From: Dendrobates tinctorius
Taxonomy: Eukaryota
DNA length: 64,000 bases
Assembly (NCBI RefSeq): GCF_039654945.1
Contig: NW_027361688.1
Coordinates: 1,364,001-1,428,000, forward strand
Direction of reading: 5' to 3'
The notes beneath the pieces were generated by a model. The model was not told the origin of the DNA. It saw only the letters and a list, made by a program, of their open reading frames with translations, and searched no databases. Shown here piece after piece: positions 25,722-41,097 of the stretch; the first letter of the stretch is position 1; each line of letters begins with the position of its first letter. The position numbers and the translations under genes were made by a program.

Positions 25722-25999
25722 AATATATGTAATTGATATTACATAGTGTATTACATATTTACAATTTATTAGTTTTTTGTGTTCTAAAGTTGTATTCCAT
25801 TAAATATATATTATGTTCTATCTAAATATCTTGATTATTGGATCATAAAAATGATTAAAAATGTCTGATGTTCACATTGTACTACAATAAATTTTTCACT
25901 TAAATATAAGCAATATATGTGGGAGTCGGAGTTGGAGTCGGTGCAAGGGAAATTGAGGAGTCGGAGTCGCAGGTTTGGCTTACCGAATCCACAGCCCTG
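25722..25999. mobile_element. hAT-like non-autonomous element end
   Basis: GGAGTC subterminal repeats ending TCCACAGCCCTG. Confidence 0.55.
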
Positions 26000-26601
26000 G
26001 TTTTGACATGGGAAAGTGAGCATGCATCTAAAGATATATAAATTAAAAAGAGTTTCACTGTTGGCAGAAAGATGGAAAAACTATAGCACTCAAAATATGG
26101 TGATGCAAAATCTTGTTTTTTTTTAAAAAAAAGGCGTCTTTTCATTTATGACAGCAGCCAAACATAAAAAAACTATATAAATCTATGCACTCATAAGTGC
26201 TTGTTTTTATGAGACAAGTTGACGTTTTTATTGGTACCATTTTTCGGTTATAACATTTTTAAATTGTTTTCTATTCAAATGTGATGCAAACCTCTTTGAC
26301 TATGCTCTGCTCATGGTCTACGGGGCTTGCCATAGCCTGGTGCCCTGAACGTCGTCAACATCGGGTCACCATGGCAACACTCTGGCACTTGCGATCACTT
26401 CAATCGGAAGAGAGAAGGAGCGCCTTCTCCCTTCTAAATGCTGCGATCAATAGCAGCATTTAGAAGGCTTAACTGCATGGAACGGTGCTTGCACACACGC
26501 CTGGCTGTGAGAGACGGGTGTCAGCTCCTGTGTGCTGATAATCGACACAACATACATACCTCATCGGTCAGGAAGTCCTTCCCTTCCATGACGTGTATTT
26601 A

Positions 26602-28850
26602 TAATAATAATAATAATACATTTTATTTCTACAGCGCCAACATATTCCGCAGCACTTTACATTTCAGAGGGGACTTGTACAGACGATAGACATTACAGCA
26701 TAACAATAATCACATAGATCATAACAGATACCAAGAGGAATGAGGGCCCTGCTCGCAAGCTTACAGTCTATGAGGAAAAAAGGTAAACACAAAAGGTGGG
26801 TGGTAACAATTGCCCTGATTGTTTGGATCAGCCATAATGTTAAGTGTGTAACAGTACAGACACAGAGGGCTAATGGATGCATAAAGCATGTGGGAACATG
26901 ATGCGGGCAACCTGGTTATGGTGAAGCTTTAGGCTGTGCCACATAGGGATAGATTAGGTTAATGTGTTGAGGCTGTAGGCCAGTCTGAATAAATGTGTTT
27001 CCAGGGCACGCTTAAAATTGTAGGGATTGGGGACTACTCGTATTGACCTGGGAAGTGCATTCCAAAAAATTGGCGCAGCACGTGTAAAGTCTTGGAGACG
27101 GGAGTGGGAGGTTCTGATTATTGAGGATGCTAACCTCAGGTCATCAGCAGAACGGAGGGCACGGGTAGAGTAGTAAACTGAAACGAGGGAGGAGATGTAG
27201 GGTGGTGCTGAACCATGGAGTGCTTTGTGGGTGAGGGTAATAAGTTTGTACTGGATTCTGGAGTGGATGGGTAGCCAGTGTAAGGACTGGCACAAAGTAG
27301 AGGCATCGGTGTAACGATTGGCGAGGAATATGATCCTGGCTGCAGCATTCAAGACAGATTGGAGGGGGGAGAGTTTGGTAAGAGGGAGACCGATTAGAAG
27401 AGAGTTACAATAGTCCAGACGAGAATGAATAAGAGAAACAGTAAGAGTTTATGCGGAGTCAAAGGTAAGAAAAGGTAATAATAATAATAAATTTTATTTC
27501 TATTCGGCTGACATATTCCGCAAAACTTTACATTTCAGAGGGGACTTGTACAGACAATATACATTACAGCATAACAATAATCACATAGATCATAACAGAT
27601 GCCAAGAGGAATGAGGGCCCTGCTCGCAAGCTTACAATCTATGAGGAAAAGGTCGAATTCTAGAAATGTTTTTGAGGTGCAGATGACAAGAGCGAGCCAG
27701 TGATCGAATGTGGGGGGCAAAGGAGAGCTCGGAATCAAGTATGACCGCAAGACAGCGGGCCTGTTGCTGGGGAGTAATAGTGGAACCACACACAGAAATG
27801 GCAATGTCGGGTATAGGTACATTAGTAGAGGGAGGAAACACCAGGAGTTCAGTCTTTGACAGGTTCAGTTTCAGATATAGTGAGGACATGATGTTAGACA
27901 CAGTGTTAGACAATCGCCGGTGTTTTCTAGAAAGACTGGCATGATGTCAGGAGAAGAAGCGTATAATTGGGTGTCATCAGCATAGAGATGGTACTGGAAA
28001 CCAAATCTACTGATTGTTTGACCAATAGGGGCAGTGTACAAGGAGAAGAGGAGGGGGCCTAGAACCGATCCTTGAGGAACCCCAACAGTAAGGGGAAGGT
28101 GAGAGGATGAGGAACCGGCAAAAGATACAGTAAAGGAGTGGTCAGAGAGATAGGAGGAGAACCAGGAGAGAACGGTGTCCTTGATGCCGATGGAACGGAG
28201 CATAGTGAGGAGGAGCTGATGATCCACAGTGTCGAATGCTGCAGAGAGATCCAAGAGAATTAGCATGGAGTAATGACCATTAGATTTAGCTGTTAGTAGA
28301 TCATTAGAGACTTTAGTGAGGTCAGTTTCAGTAGAGAGTAAAGAGCGGAAAACGGATTGGAACGGGTCGAGAAGAGAGTTATCAAAGAGATAGCGGATCA
28401 GACAGGAGTAGACCAGGCGTTCCAGTAGTTTAGAGATGAAGGGAAGATTAGAGACAGGTCTATAGTTAGCGGCACAGTTTTGGTTGAGGGATGGTTTCTT
28501 AAGTAGTAGATGTATGATGGCATGCTTAAATGAGGAGGGAAAGATACCAGAAGAGAGAGAGAGAGGTTAAATATTTTAGTTAAGTGAGTGGTGACAGCAG
28601 GGGAAAGGGACTGGAGCAGATGTGATCGAAATGGGTCACTGGTGCAAGTGGTTGGGCGAGAAGATGCAAGGAGTCTGATCACTTCTTCTGTGACTGGTTC
28701 AAAATCAGAGAGTGAGCTAGATGCAGTGGGGGAGGGAGGACAGTGCATGGTATGAGGTGATTGGGAGATAATTTCCTGTCGGATCTGGTCAATTTTTTTT
28801 TAAGTAATTGGCCAGATCGTCAGCTCAAAGCTCCATGGTTGGGGCCTGCA
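26602..28850 (-). mobile_element. L2 LINE, 5'-truncated, with a nested extra 3' tail at 27477-27650
   Basis: RT motifs [22 protein letters not shown] and YADDTQ; (TAA)n tail at 26602; frameshifts. Confidence 0.92.
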
Positions 28851-30240
28851 CTTTATATACTGCAAATGTCGGGAAGGGGTTAAAGCTTAATATGATTTGG
28901 TTGATCTTGTTTTTTAAATGTACAGGAAAGTCTTCTGCAGAAATGATGGAGGTTGGAGGAGCAATGGTGTAAGGAGGAGAGAATTAAGTGTTGAACAACT
29001 GTTCGGGGCTATGTGGTAGAGAAGATATGAGGGTTCTGACATCTTATTTAGCAGAGGTGAAGGCTGACGTGAATGTGGTGAACTCTGCCTGTGAGTGTGT
29101 TTTCATACAGCACTCTGCACCGCTGGACACATGACGGAGATTTTTGGTCAGGTTGATGTTTAAGGGTTGTCTATTGATTTGTCGCACTCTTCCGTGCACA
29201 GGATGGGAGATCGATAGCTAATGGAAGTGTGGCACTGTAGAAAACTATTTCTGTGCCTGTCATGGAGTGAAGATATGGAGGACAGCAGTAGTATAAAGTC
29301 AGAGTGTGTGAATGCTGATGTGTGTGAGGTTTCTGTGTGGGAGCCTGAAACAGGGTCGGGGTACACGTGTTAGGGTTTCCTGTGGTCCGGAACGGAGTTC
29401 CGGTTACCCCACAACCTCTGTTCTGAACAGATGTCTGGGTGGAGTTTGTGGTGTGGTGGAGTACATTCTTTACTCTTTCTTCTGGAGCCCTTGTTACCTC
29501 TCCGTCCAAGGGACTGATTTCGGCTACAAACAAGACAGAAGACCTTGGATCCAGGATAACAGGTCCGACTTTACTGTGCAATGATTTACACATGGCTGCA
29601 GCATACAGATTTAGGCCAGGGTCAGACTTGCGAGAAACTAGGACGAGTCTCGCATGTCAATACCTGAGACTGCCGCCGACACTCGGATCGGAGCGTTCAG
29701 CTGTATAGAAATAAATGCAGCTTAACACTTTGATCCGCGTGCCGGCAACAGTGACAGATATTGACGTGCGAGACTCGTCCGAGTTTCTTGCAAATCTGAC
29801 CCCGGCCTTAGACAAAGTTTCTTTTTAGTGATATTCCCTTGGCTTTGTGATCCATCAGCCCTTGTCCCTGTCCTGTCCTGACACCCACCATCTTCACCTC
29901 ACTCTGCCACCCGGCTGACAACTTCCTTATCAGGGAGACAGATATGTGACTCTCTGTACCTCTTCTGGTCAAGACTGTCCCTGCGTCCAGACTTCCTCAT
30001 TCTTCTAGGAAACTTACACTGAACTGTCCCATTCTCTTCGGATGCAGCTTAGCTGCACTAGAAACTGCTAACTCTGCTGTGTTTAGCCTTGCTCTCCACT
30101 GCACCCAGAACTTGACTCAGTCCTGGACTCTGACTATCCTGTGTCTGACTCACTGTAACCCAGAAAACATTTTCTATAAAAGCTTATCTAACCCCTCACA
30201 AACTGTGGGCTAATCCCAACTCTATTAACCGTCTAATCAC

Positions 30241-32421
30241 TGCCCTTCACCTCTCCAAACAAACCTATTTCAACACCCTCATCACCTCACTGTCCAATAA
30301 CCCGAAACGTCTCTTTGACACTTTTCATTCTCTACTCAATCCAAGAGTACAGGCCCCAACCACAGAGCTCAGAGCTGACGATCTGGCCAATTACTTCAAA
30401 GAAAAAATTGACCAGATCCGACAGGAAATTATCTCCCAATCACCTCATACCATGCACTGTCCTCACTCCCCCACTGCATCTAACTCACTCTCTGATTTTG
30501 AACCAGTCACAGAAGAAGAAGTAAGCAGGCTCCTTGCATCTTCTCGCCCAACTACTTGCACCAGTGACCCATTTCCGTCACAGCTCCTTCAGTCCCTTTC
30601 CCCTGCTGTCACCCCTCACCTAACTAAAATATTTAACCTCTCTCTCTCTTCTGGTATTTTTCCCTTCTCATTTAAGCATGCCATCATACATCCACTACTT
30701 AAAAAACCATCCCTCGACCAAAACTGTGCCGCTAACTATAGACCTGTCTCTAATCTTCCCTTCATCTCTAAACTCCTGGAACGCCTGGTCCACTCCCGTC
30801 TTATCCGCTATCTCTCAGAAAACTCTCTTCTCGACCCTCTCCAATCCGGTTTCCGCTCTTTACACTCCACTGAAACTGCCCTCACTAAAGTCTCTAATGA
30901 TCTGCTAACAGCTAAATCAAATGGTCATTACTCCATGCTAATTCTCTTGGATCTCTCTGCAGCATTCGACACTGTGGATCATCAGCTCCTCCTCACTATG
31001 CTCCGTTCCATTGGCCTCAAGGACACCATTCTCTCCTGGTTCTCCTCCTATCTCTCTGACCGCTCCTTTACTGTATCTTTTGCCAGTTCCTCCTCTCATC
31101 TTCCCCTTACTGTTGGGGTCCCCCAAGGATCGGTTCTAGGTCCCCTCCTCTTCTCCTTGTACACTGCCCCTATTGGTCAAACAATCAGTAGATTTGGTTT
31201 CCAGTACCATCTCTATGCTGATGACACCCAATTATACGCTTCTTCTCCTGACATCACGCCAGCCTTTCTAGAAAACACCGGCGATTGTCTAAACGCTGTG
31301 TCTAATATCATATCCTCACTATATCTGAAACTGAACCTGTCAAAGACTGAACTCCTGGTGTTTCCTCCCTCTACTAATGTACCTATACCCGACATTGCCA
31401 TTTCTGTGTGTGGTTCCACTATTACTCCCCAGCAACAGGCCCGCTGTCTTGGGGTCATACTTGATTCCGAGCTTTCCTTTGCCCCCCACATTCGATCACT
31501 GGCTCGCTCTTGTCATCTGCACCTCAAAAACATTTCTAGAATTCGACCTTTTCTTACCTTTGACTCTGCAAAAACTCTTACTGTTTCTCTTATTCATTCT
31601 CGTCTCGACTATTGTAACTCTCTTCTAATCGGTCTCCCTCTTACCAAACTCTCCCCCCTCCAATCTGTCTTGAATGCTGTAGCCAGGATCATATTCCTCA
31701 CCAATCGTTACACCGATGCCTCTACCTTGTGCCAGTCATTACACTGGCTACCCATCCACTCCAGAATTCAGTATAAACTTATTACCCTCACTCACAAAGC
31801 CCTCCATGGCTCAGCACCACCCTACATCTCCCTTGTTTCAGTATACCACCCTACCCGCGCCCTCCGTTCTGCTGATGACCTGAGATTAGCATCCTCAATA
31901 GTCAGAACCTCCCACTCCCGTCTCCAAGACTTTACACGTGCCGCGCCAATTCTTTGGAATGCACTTCCCAGGTCAATACGATTAGTCCCCAATCCCCACA
32001 ATTTTAAGCGTGTCCTGAAAACGCATTTATTCAGACTGGCCTACCACCCCAACACATTAACCTAATCTATCCCTGTGTGGCACAGCCAAAAGTTTTACCA
32101 TAACCAGGTTCCCCGCATCATGTTCCCACATGCTTTATGCCTCCATTAGCCCTCTGTGTCTGTACTGTTACACACTTAACATTATGACTGGTCCATACAA
32201 TCAGGGTAACTGTTACCACCCACCTTTCGTGTCTCCCTCTTTCCTCATAGACTGTAAGCTTGCGAGCAGGGCCCTCACTCCTCTTGGTATTTGTTATAAT
32301 CTACTGTATGTGATTATTGTTATGCTGTAATGTCTATTGTCTGTACAAATCCCCTCTGAAATGTAAAGTGCTGCGGAATATGTCGGCGCTATAAAAATAA
32401 AATTTATTATTATTATTATTA
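30241..32421 (+). mobile_element. L2 LINE, 5'-truncated; open RT ORF 30452-32065 (537 aa)
   Basis: [29 protein letters not shown] and YADD motifs; (TTA)n tail. Flanked by TCTAATCACT / TCTAATCCCT. Confidence 0.95.
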
Positions 32422-35400
32422 TCTAATCCCTAGTGTAGTGCAAACTGTGCCCCTATCTACTGTATGATGTATGGTTCCCCTAGTGGACAGACCTCCCAGA
32501 TTCCAAGGGACAGGCTTAGGCATAGCCTATAGGAGAACCAAACACACAACACTGGCCATAAGGATAAACTATAACATTACTGTATCACACATTAATGCAT
32601 AGAATCAAACAACATCATCACAACCCCCTGTTCCACGACGTCTTCTTCATCCCAGCCTTCTCCCTACATGCGCTAGCTGCGGGACTTGGAGCAGGTGAAG
32701 AGGACAAGGATGAGAAAATTAGTAGAGAGTGGTCAGCAAGGGGTAGAGATGAGGCTGTAAGGTTAGATAAGGAACAGAGGTGGGTGAAGATGAGGTCTAC
32801 TGTATCTCCGTCTGTTTGGATTTATGTGGAGAATCATTGTGAAGGAAGTGATAGGAGTTTGGAGGCTGCAGATTGGTGGGTGTCAGTTGGTGTTTTGAAA
32901 TCGCCTACGATGATGGTGGGAATGTCAGAAGAGAGAAAGTGGAGAAGTGATCGAAAAAAACGGAGCCCACAGGTCGGTATATAATGGTGTCAGGCTCACC
33001 TTGTGGAGTGTACCCGCTAAGCCCAAGGTGGGTACACGGGCCCACGACATTGGTGTAGCTAGCAGGATAGCATGTAGGAAACGAGGACGTGGCACACACA
33101 AGAGTGTGGGAGCAGCTGGATGGAAGAAGTGAAGTATGCAGACATAAAAGCAGGATCAGCACAGACGTGCACAACACTCGAGTCTTGAATAGCAATCCGA
33201 AGATACAGGTCTATGTCATAATGGGCCTTTAAAGGCCTAAGGAGATTGTCATATGTCGGGGAACCTGTAAAGCCTGATGTGAAGGGAGGAGGACCCAGGT
33301 CTGGGACAGGTGTGTAACACACGTCCACTTGGAGAGTGGATATGGACAGAGTGCACTTCAGATGAATGGAGGGTAGAGATAGGGTTGGGTTGAAGTTGTT
33401 AAAAAGAAGAAGGCCAACTCTCCCATCATCCATGTTTCTCTGGCCCAGGAAGAATAGATTGATAGAGGTAAAGAAGTCATGAATGGCATGGAGTTTGTCG
33501 CAGGTGGAATGGTGTTGAATATTGCTTCAGAAAGATGGAGTGGGGGTCAACTGGGTGGGTATTACACTGGAGAGGTTTGGTAGATTGAGGCTATGTACAC
33601 ATGTGCGGAATTGCTGCGGGGTTTATGCGTTTTTGCCACGGAAACGCATAAAATAAGCAACTCATTATATTCAATGGCATTCCGCACATGCTGTGCTAAT
33701 GCTGCGTATTTGTCTGTGGCGGAATCGCTTCGCGGAAAAATACGCAGCATGCTTATTCTTTTTGCGGAATCGCAGGGATTCCGCACACATAGGAAAGCAT
33801 TGTTCCGCTTACTTTCCGCATGTGGCTATGCCCACCATGCGCAAAGTAAGCGGAAAATGTGCGGATGATACCCATGGTCTGGAGGAGAAGAGACTGTCCT
33901 CCAAGCCCTGGGTACCATATCCCTGTTAAAAAAAGAATTAAAATAAAAAATCGTTGATATTCTCACCTTCCGGCGTCCCCAGCGATGCTCCTGCCAACTC
34001 CCGTTCCCATAGATGCCTTGCGTATATGACAGTGATGACGTAGCGGTCTCGCGTGATGCTACGTCATCTGGGGTCATTATCGCAAGGCATCGCTGGGAAC
34101 GGGACCTGCCGGGAGCATCGCTGAGGCCTGGGGACGCTGCGGGGGACTCTGGAAAGTGAGAATATCATGATTTATTTTTTTATTATTTTTAACATTATAT
34201 CTTTTTACTACTGATGCCGCATAGGCAGGATCAATAGTAAAAAGTTGGTCAGACTTATCAAACACTACGTTTTACGAGTGTGAGCAACCTGTCAATCAGT
34301 TTTCCAAGCGATGCTACAGATCGCTTGGAGAACGCTAGCATTCTGCATTCTAATTAAGCTTGCAAAACGTTAGTTTTTCGCGGGAATTCCGCATGCGTAT
34401 TTCCCACGGCAGGGAGCTGTGGAATTGCCGTGGAAATATCCGCGACAATTCCGCACATGTGCACATAGCCTTATAGTAGCTAGGGAATAACAGGATGGAA
34501 AAATATTAGTAGGTATTTAGCTTTTAAAGGGAATCTGTCACCCATTTTTTGGACTATGAGCTGCCGGCATCGACATCAGGGGCTTATCTACAGCATTCTG
34601 TAACGCTGTAGATAAGCCTCCGATGTGACCTGAAACATAAGAAAAACGAGTTATATTATACTCACTAGGAGGTGGTCCGGTCTTGGTCTGATGGGTGTTG
34701 CAGTCCGGCGCCTCCCATCTTGCAGCAATGCCGTCCTCTTCTTCCCTTCCTGTCGTGGCTCCAGCGCAGGCGCACTGCTCTGCCCTGTTGAGGGCAGAGT
34801 ACTGCAGTGCGCAGGCGCCGGACCTCTCCTGGCGCTGCGTACTGCAGGACTCTGCTCTGCCCTCAACAGGGCAGAACAGTGCGCCAACGCCGGAGCCACG
34901 ACAGGAAGGAAAGAAGAGGACGGCATCGTATGAAGATGGGAGGAATCGGACCGCGACAGGAAGGGAAGAAGAGGACGACATCGTATGAAGATGGGAGGCG
35001 CCGAACCGGACGGCGACACCCATCGGACCGGACCGCCCCCTCAGGTGAGTATAATCTAACTTTTTTTTTCTTATCTTTCAGGTTACATCGAAGCCGGCAG
35101 CTCACAGTCCAAAAAAAGGGTGACAGATTCCCTTTAAGGTTCAGAATTGGGAGATATGTCACCAGCAGTGAGGAGGAGCAGAGAGAGTGAGAGGAGGTTG
35201 GAGAGGGAGCATGTAGGGCTTATGTTGTGCTTTAGAAGGAGGGATCTAAGGTTTAGAAGCAGGTCTGCAGATGAGGTCAAGCGAGGGGGAAGAGGATGCT
35301 GCTGCGGCCATAGTGGTGAGGGGAACCATGCGGAGGCAGATGTTACAGGTTCAGTGCAATTATCACACACCAGGCAACATGGGAAAGAACTATGGAATGT

Positions 35401-36809
35401 CTGGAATATCTGTCCGCAGGTGTCAGTGACTCCGCGCCACACAGATGCACAGCGGTTATCAGAAGTAAAGGTTATATAGCTGAATATTAGTGCAGAAAGG
35501 CGACATCTGGAAACAAACTTCGGTTTATACTGTAACGTTTCCAGTTTGTGAATGAATCTGCAGACACTGCTGGTTGTTTGAGCAGCTGATAATTCCTTTT
35601 TACTCTAAAAATGTCTATTTTGTTGATGCTTTCATTCAGAACTGAGTGTGCGGCTCCCAGCGCCTCTGTATATATGGAGATAAATGCTATTATGAGGAGT
35701 CCGCTTCTTCTCAGTTCTGTTAATCACACTGCTATTATTATACACATAATGTAAGTTTCTGGTTATCTAGAGAGGTAAACAGAAGAATTGCAGGTATTCA
35801 GGGTGGTCCTGACAAGCACAATGGATGTGGCCTGTGGGAATACAGAGGACAGAACTTGTTCTTCAAGGTTGGGGGATGCAGGGAGAAAAGTCCATGTACA
35901 TGGCTACTTCAGGGAACAAGATGGAGACAACATGGTTTCCTTCACAATCCCGTTCATCCAGTGCTGTATACACAGATTGTGCTGTTGATGCCTCTATGCT
36001 TTCCACCCCCATATTGTACTGTTTACCCCCATATAGCGCTGTATAATCCTGATATGCTGTTCTGCCCCAGATAGCGTAGTATACCGCCACATAGCTCTGT
36101 ATACCGACACATGATGTAGTTTACCCTCCATGTAGTGCTGTATAACCCCTAAAAACATAAACTATCACCCCATATATATGGTTCACTCACCACTACCAGA
36201 TATTTAAAGGGGTATTCCCAGCTCCAAGATACTATCCAATATGGAGAAGGTAGAATAATAGCAAATACCTCAAATTAGAAATATAGTATAGTTTTTCGGA
36301 TTTGCTGTCTTTTTCCTCATGTGCAATCGTTGCAGAACCTTCGGTATCCATGTTACATAGTTGCTAGTGTTGGTAATCATGGATACCTAAGGTTCTGCAA
36401 TAACTGCACACGAGGAAAGAGAAATAGCAAATCAGAAGAACTATACTACATTTCTAATTGGAGGTATTTACTAATGTAGGGTCTTGGAGATGGAACTACC
36501 CCTGTAATCACAGCTCCCAGCCTGACAAGAGCAGATCCACCACCGCCATCCTGACACCACATGTTACAGAGAACAAAGAGCAGAAGAAACCATCAGCCCA
36601 TGTGCACAGCCAATCAGCACTCGGTAGGGCTATGGCTCCGCCCACAGGCAGCTCCAGATTACTCCCCCCCCTCAGTGTTAACCCATTAGTGCCTGCAATG
36701 TATCCAGCTGCAGCAGCACAGGCTGCAGTCATCCCAGCCCAGGACTATCAGCAGCCCCTTCCCCCTCTCCCTCCCCAGGAGCTGTAGCTTCTCCTCAGAA
36801 GATGTGGGT

Positions 36810-36825
36810 GGCTCTTAAAAGAGCC
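36810..36825 (-). terminator. Histone mRNA 3' stem-loop (H4)
   Basis: GGCTCTTTTAAGAGCC on the minus strand. Confidence 0.95.
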
Positions 36826-36857
36826 TTTGGGTTGTCAGGATAGAGAAGAGAATACAA

Positions 36858-37298
<441 letters not shown>

Positions 37299-38193
37299 TT
37301 ATCAGCCCCGCCCCTTCCTCTGCTGATTGGCCAATCACAGAAACGTTAGTGATTTTGAATTTCCCGCTCATTGTTTTGTTCTTTTCCGCTTCTACAGGGA
37401 TGACACTAACAATAGTCAGAAACCTGATTCCTCTCCGTGGTGACATCCTGCTCGGAGTAATTACAATGTGAGAGCCGGACCTACTATATTCTCTCCATCC
37501 ATAGAGTAATGTATAACCGCCATATACTGCTGTATACCTGTAATATACCACTATATTTCTCCATGTAGTGCTATAAACCCCCATATTGTGCTTTATACCC
37601 TCCATATTGTGCTCTGCTCATTTATCTCAGTGACAGGTTCTGCTGCGATAAACAAGTGATCGGCTTCTAATTGACAATGTGAAATTCAGACCTAGAAATA
37701 GATCAATCTTTGGGATCTTATTGACCAGGAGCCTCCACCAATCTGCGGAGCAAAGGGTGTGTAATATCAGAGGAACGTCAGTGAGAAAGTGCAGAGAGCT
37801 CTGATCAGAATGAGGACAAACTGCTGGAAACATCGCTGACTACAAAGAGCCAACAGCCCATCTCCACCTACTATCAGCAGAACAATGGACACCAGGCCCC
37901 AGCGCTCTGGGAGAGAACCGGATTCAATGAGAGAGGAGCAACCGATCATCTATGGCTGCCTGCACCTGCTCCTCCACTGTCAGACTATTCCTGATGTTCC
38001 CCATCATTCTACATCTCACTACAACCCTCATCTCCCTCTCCATTTTACTATCCTTTAATCCCCAACCTCTAATGCCAGATACATTGATCTGATCTCTTCC
38101 TCCAGCTAACACACGAGGTGCCAGTAAGTGCAGACACATTCCCCAGGGAGAGGAGCGAGATACAGACACAGCTCTGCTGTAGACGGGGTGGGT

Positions 38194-38209
38194 GGCTCTT
38201 AGAAGAGCC
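38194..38209 (-). terminator. Histone mRNA 3' stem-loop (H2B)
   Basis: GGCTCTTCTAAGAGCC on the minus strand. Confidence 0.95.
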
Positions 38210-38240
38210 TTTGGGTTGTGGGTGCAGAGCACAGAGCAGA

Positions 38241-39344
<1,104 letters not shown>

Positions 39345-39382
39345 GCGCTGCCACCGACCCCGTATCATCCACACAACCCAAA

Positions 39383-39398
39383 GGCTCTTCTAAGAGCC
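39383..39398 (+). terminator. Histone mRNA 3' stem-loop (H2A)
   Basis: GGCTCTTCTAAGAGCC. Confidence 0.95.
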
Positions 39399-41097
39399 AC
39401 CCACACCGTCCCCACAGGAGCTGACGCCGCTGATCTCATATGTGATCTGTGTACTGATCTGTCATGTATACCACCTTATAGTGCTGTTCACAAACATTGC
39501 TATATAACGTCATATAGTGCTGTAAATTCTCCTTATACTGCTGTATACCCACCATATATGAACATCCATTTAATGCTGTGCATGTCTATATGGTGCTGCA
39601 TACTGCTATAAAGTAAATGATACCCTTCATCCATCTAGTGCTGTATCCAGGGCTGGGGTGTCTGGGCCCCTACAGCAGTATGCAAATACCTTAGCCGTTA
39701 TCCCTGATACAGTGGAGCGTCGACTGTAAAACAGGCAGCTGCTGCACATTACTGTGCGCCACCATAACTGGGATGTATAATTATGGTAGTATGTTATCCA
39801 CATGTTAACCTCTTAGCGACTGCCGATACACCTTTTAACGGCGGTATTTAACTGTACTAAAACCACAGCACCGCTAATTCACGGCGCTGTGGAGAAAGTG
39901 AATAGCGCCCCCCCCAGTGTCGGATTTTCTTTTCATGAATCGGTAGGTTTTTACCGACCCCGCTTTTGCGATCGCCGTTATTAACCCTATAACTGCGACC
40001 GCAAAAAAAAAGCAAGCAGCAATTGTGCATTAAATTTCTCTTTCCTCTGATGTGATCGCACATCAGAGGAGAGAGAACTAGGGTCCCCGATCCCCCCGGT
40101 ACCTCTCTGTGGTCCAGGGACCCCTCCCGGTGGTCCCGCGTCCTCCGGTGGGAGCCACCATCTTGGATCCGGAGAAAATGGCGGGCGCATGAGCAGTGCG
40201 CCCTCCGGGAATCTGCAGGCTCCGGCTGGCAGATTCCATTCATTCATTTTGATCACGACTGATAAACTATCATCGTGATCAAAATAGTACATAATCCCCC
40301 CATTTATCACCCCCTTAGTTAGGCCAACATAACGAAATAAAGAAATTTTTTTTTTTCAGTTTTCCATTAGGGTTAGGGCGAACTAGGATTAGGGTTGGAG
40401 CAAGAATTGAGGGGTTTCCACTATTTACCAACTTTGGGGGTCTAAAAATTGGGTCTAAAAAATCACTTTTGTGAAAATAAAAGACTTTTTATTTTCACGG
40501 CTCTGCGTTTATAAACTTCTGTGAAGGGCTTGGGGGTTCAAAGTGCTCACTACACATCTACATAAGTTCTTTAGGGGGTCTGATTTCCAAAATGGGGTCA
40601 CTTGTGGGGGATTTCCACTGTTTAGGCCCATCAGGCGCTCTGCAAACGCAACATGACGCCCGCAGACTATTCCATTAATGTCTGCATTCCAAAATGGCAC
40701 TCCTTCCCTTCCAAGCTCTCCCAAGCGCCCGAACAGTGGTTCCCCCCCACATATGGGGTATCAGCGTACTCAGGACAAATCACACAACAACTGTGGGGGT
40801 ATGATTTCCCCTGTTACCCTTGTAAAAATAAAAATTTGGGGGCGAAAAGATAATTTTTGTGGAAAAAAAATAGAATTAGACTTACCGGTAATTCGGTTTC
40901 TTGGAACCTTCCACGACAGCCACCTTGGAGGTTGTCTCCCCGTCCTAATAGGGGACAGGAACACAAAGAGGTTAAATATCCCTCCCCTTCCTGCTACCTC
41001 AGTGTTTTTTCTGAACTAGTGATGGGAAGTTCGGCTCTTTTTGGCGATCCGGCTCCGCTGACCATAAAGAGCCGGCTCTTTCAACGGCTCTTTTCTT

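Noticed and set aside
26602-32421. Inverted L2 pair as another palindrome
   Set aside because: The copies have different 5' truncation points and non-mirrored flanks, and the plus copy has its own target duplication, so they are independent insertions.
40368-40396. Interstitial telomere (TTAGGG-like)
   Set aside because: Only 2-3 degenerate units inside the piggyBac-like element.
41050-41092. GGCTCTT...AGAGCC resembling a histone stem-loop
   Set aside because: These are GAGCCGGCTC subterminal repeats of the hAT-N element; the spacing is wrong and there is no upstream histone ORF.
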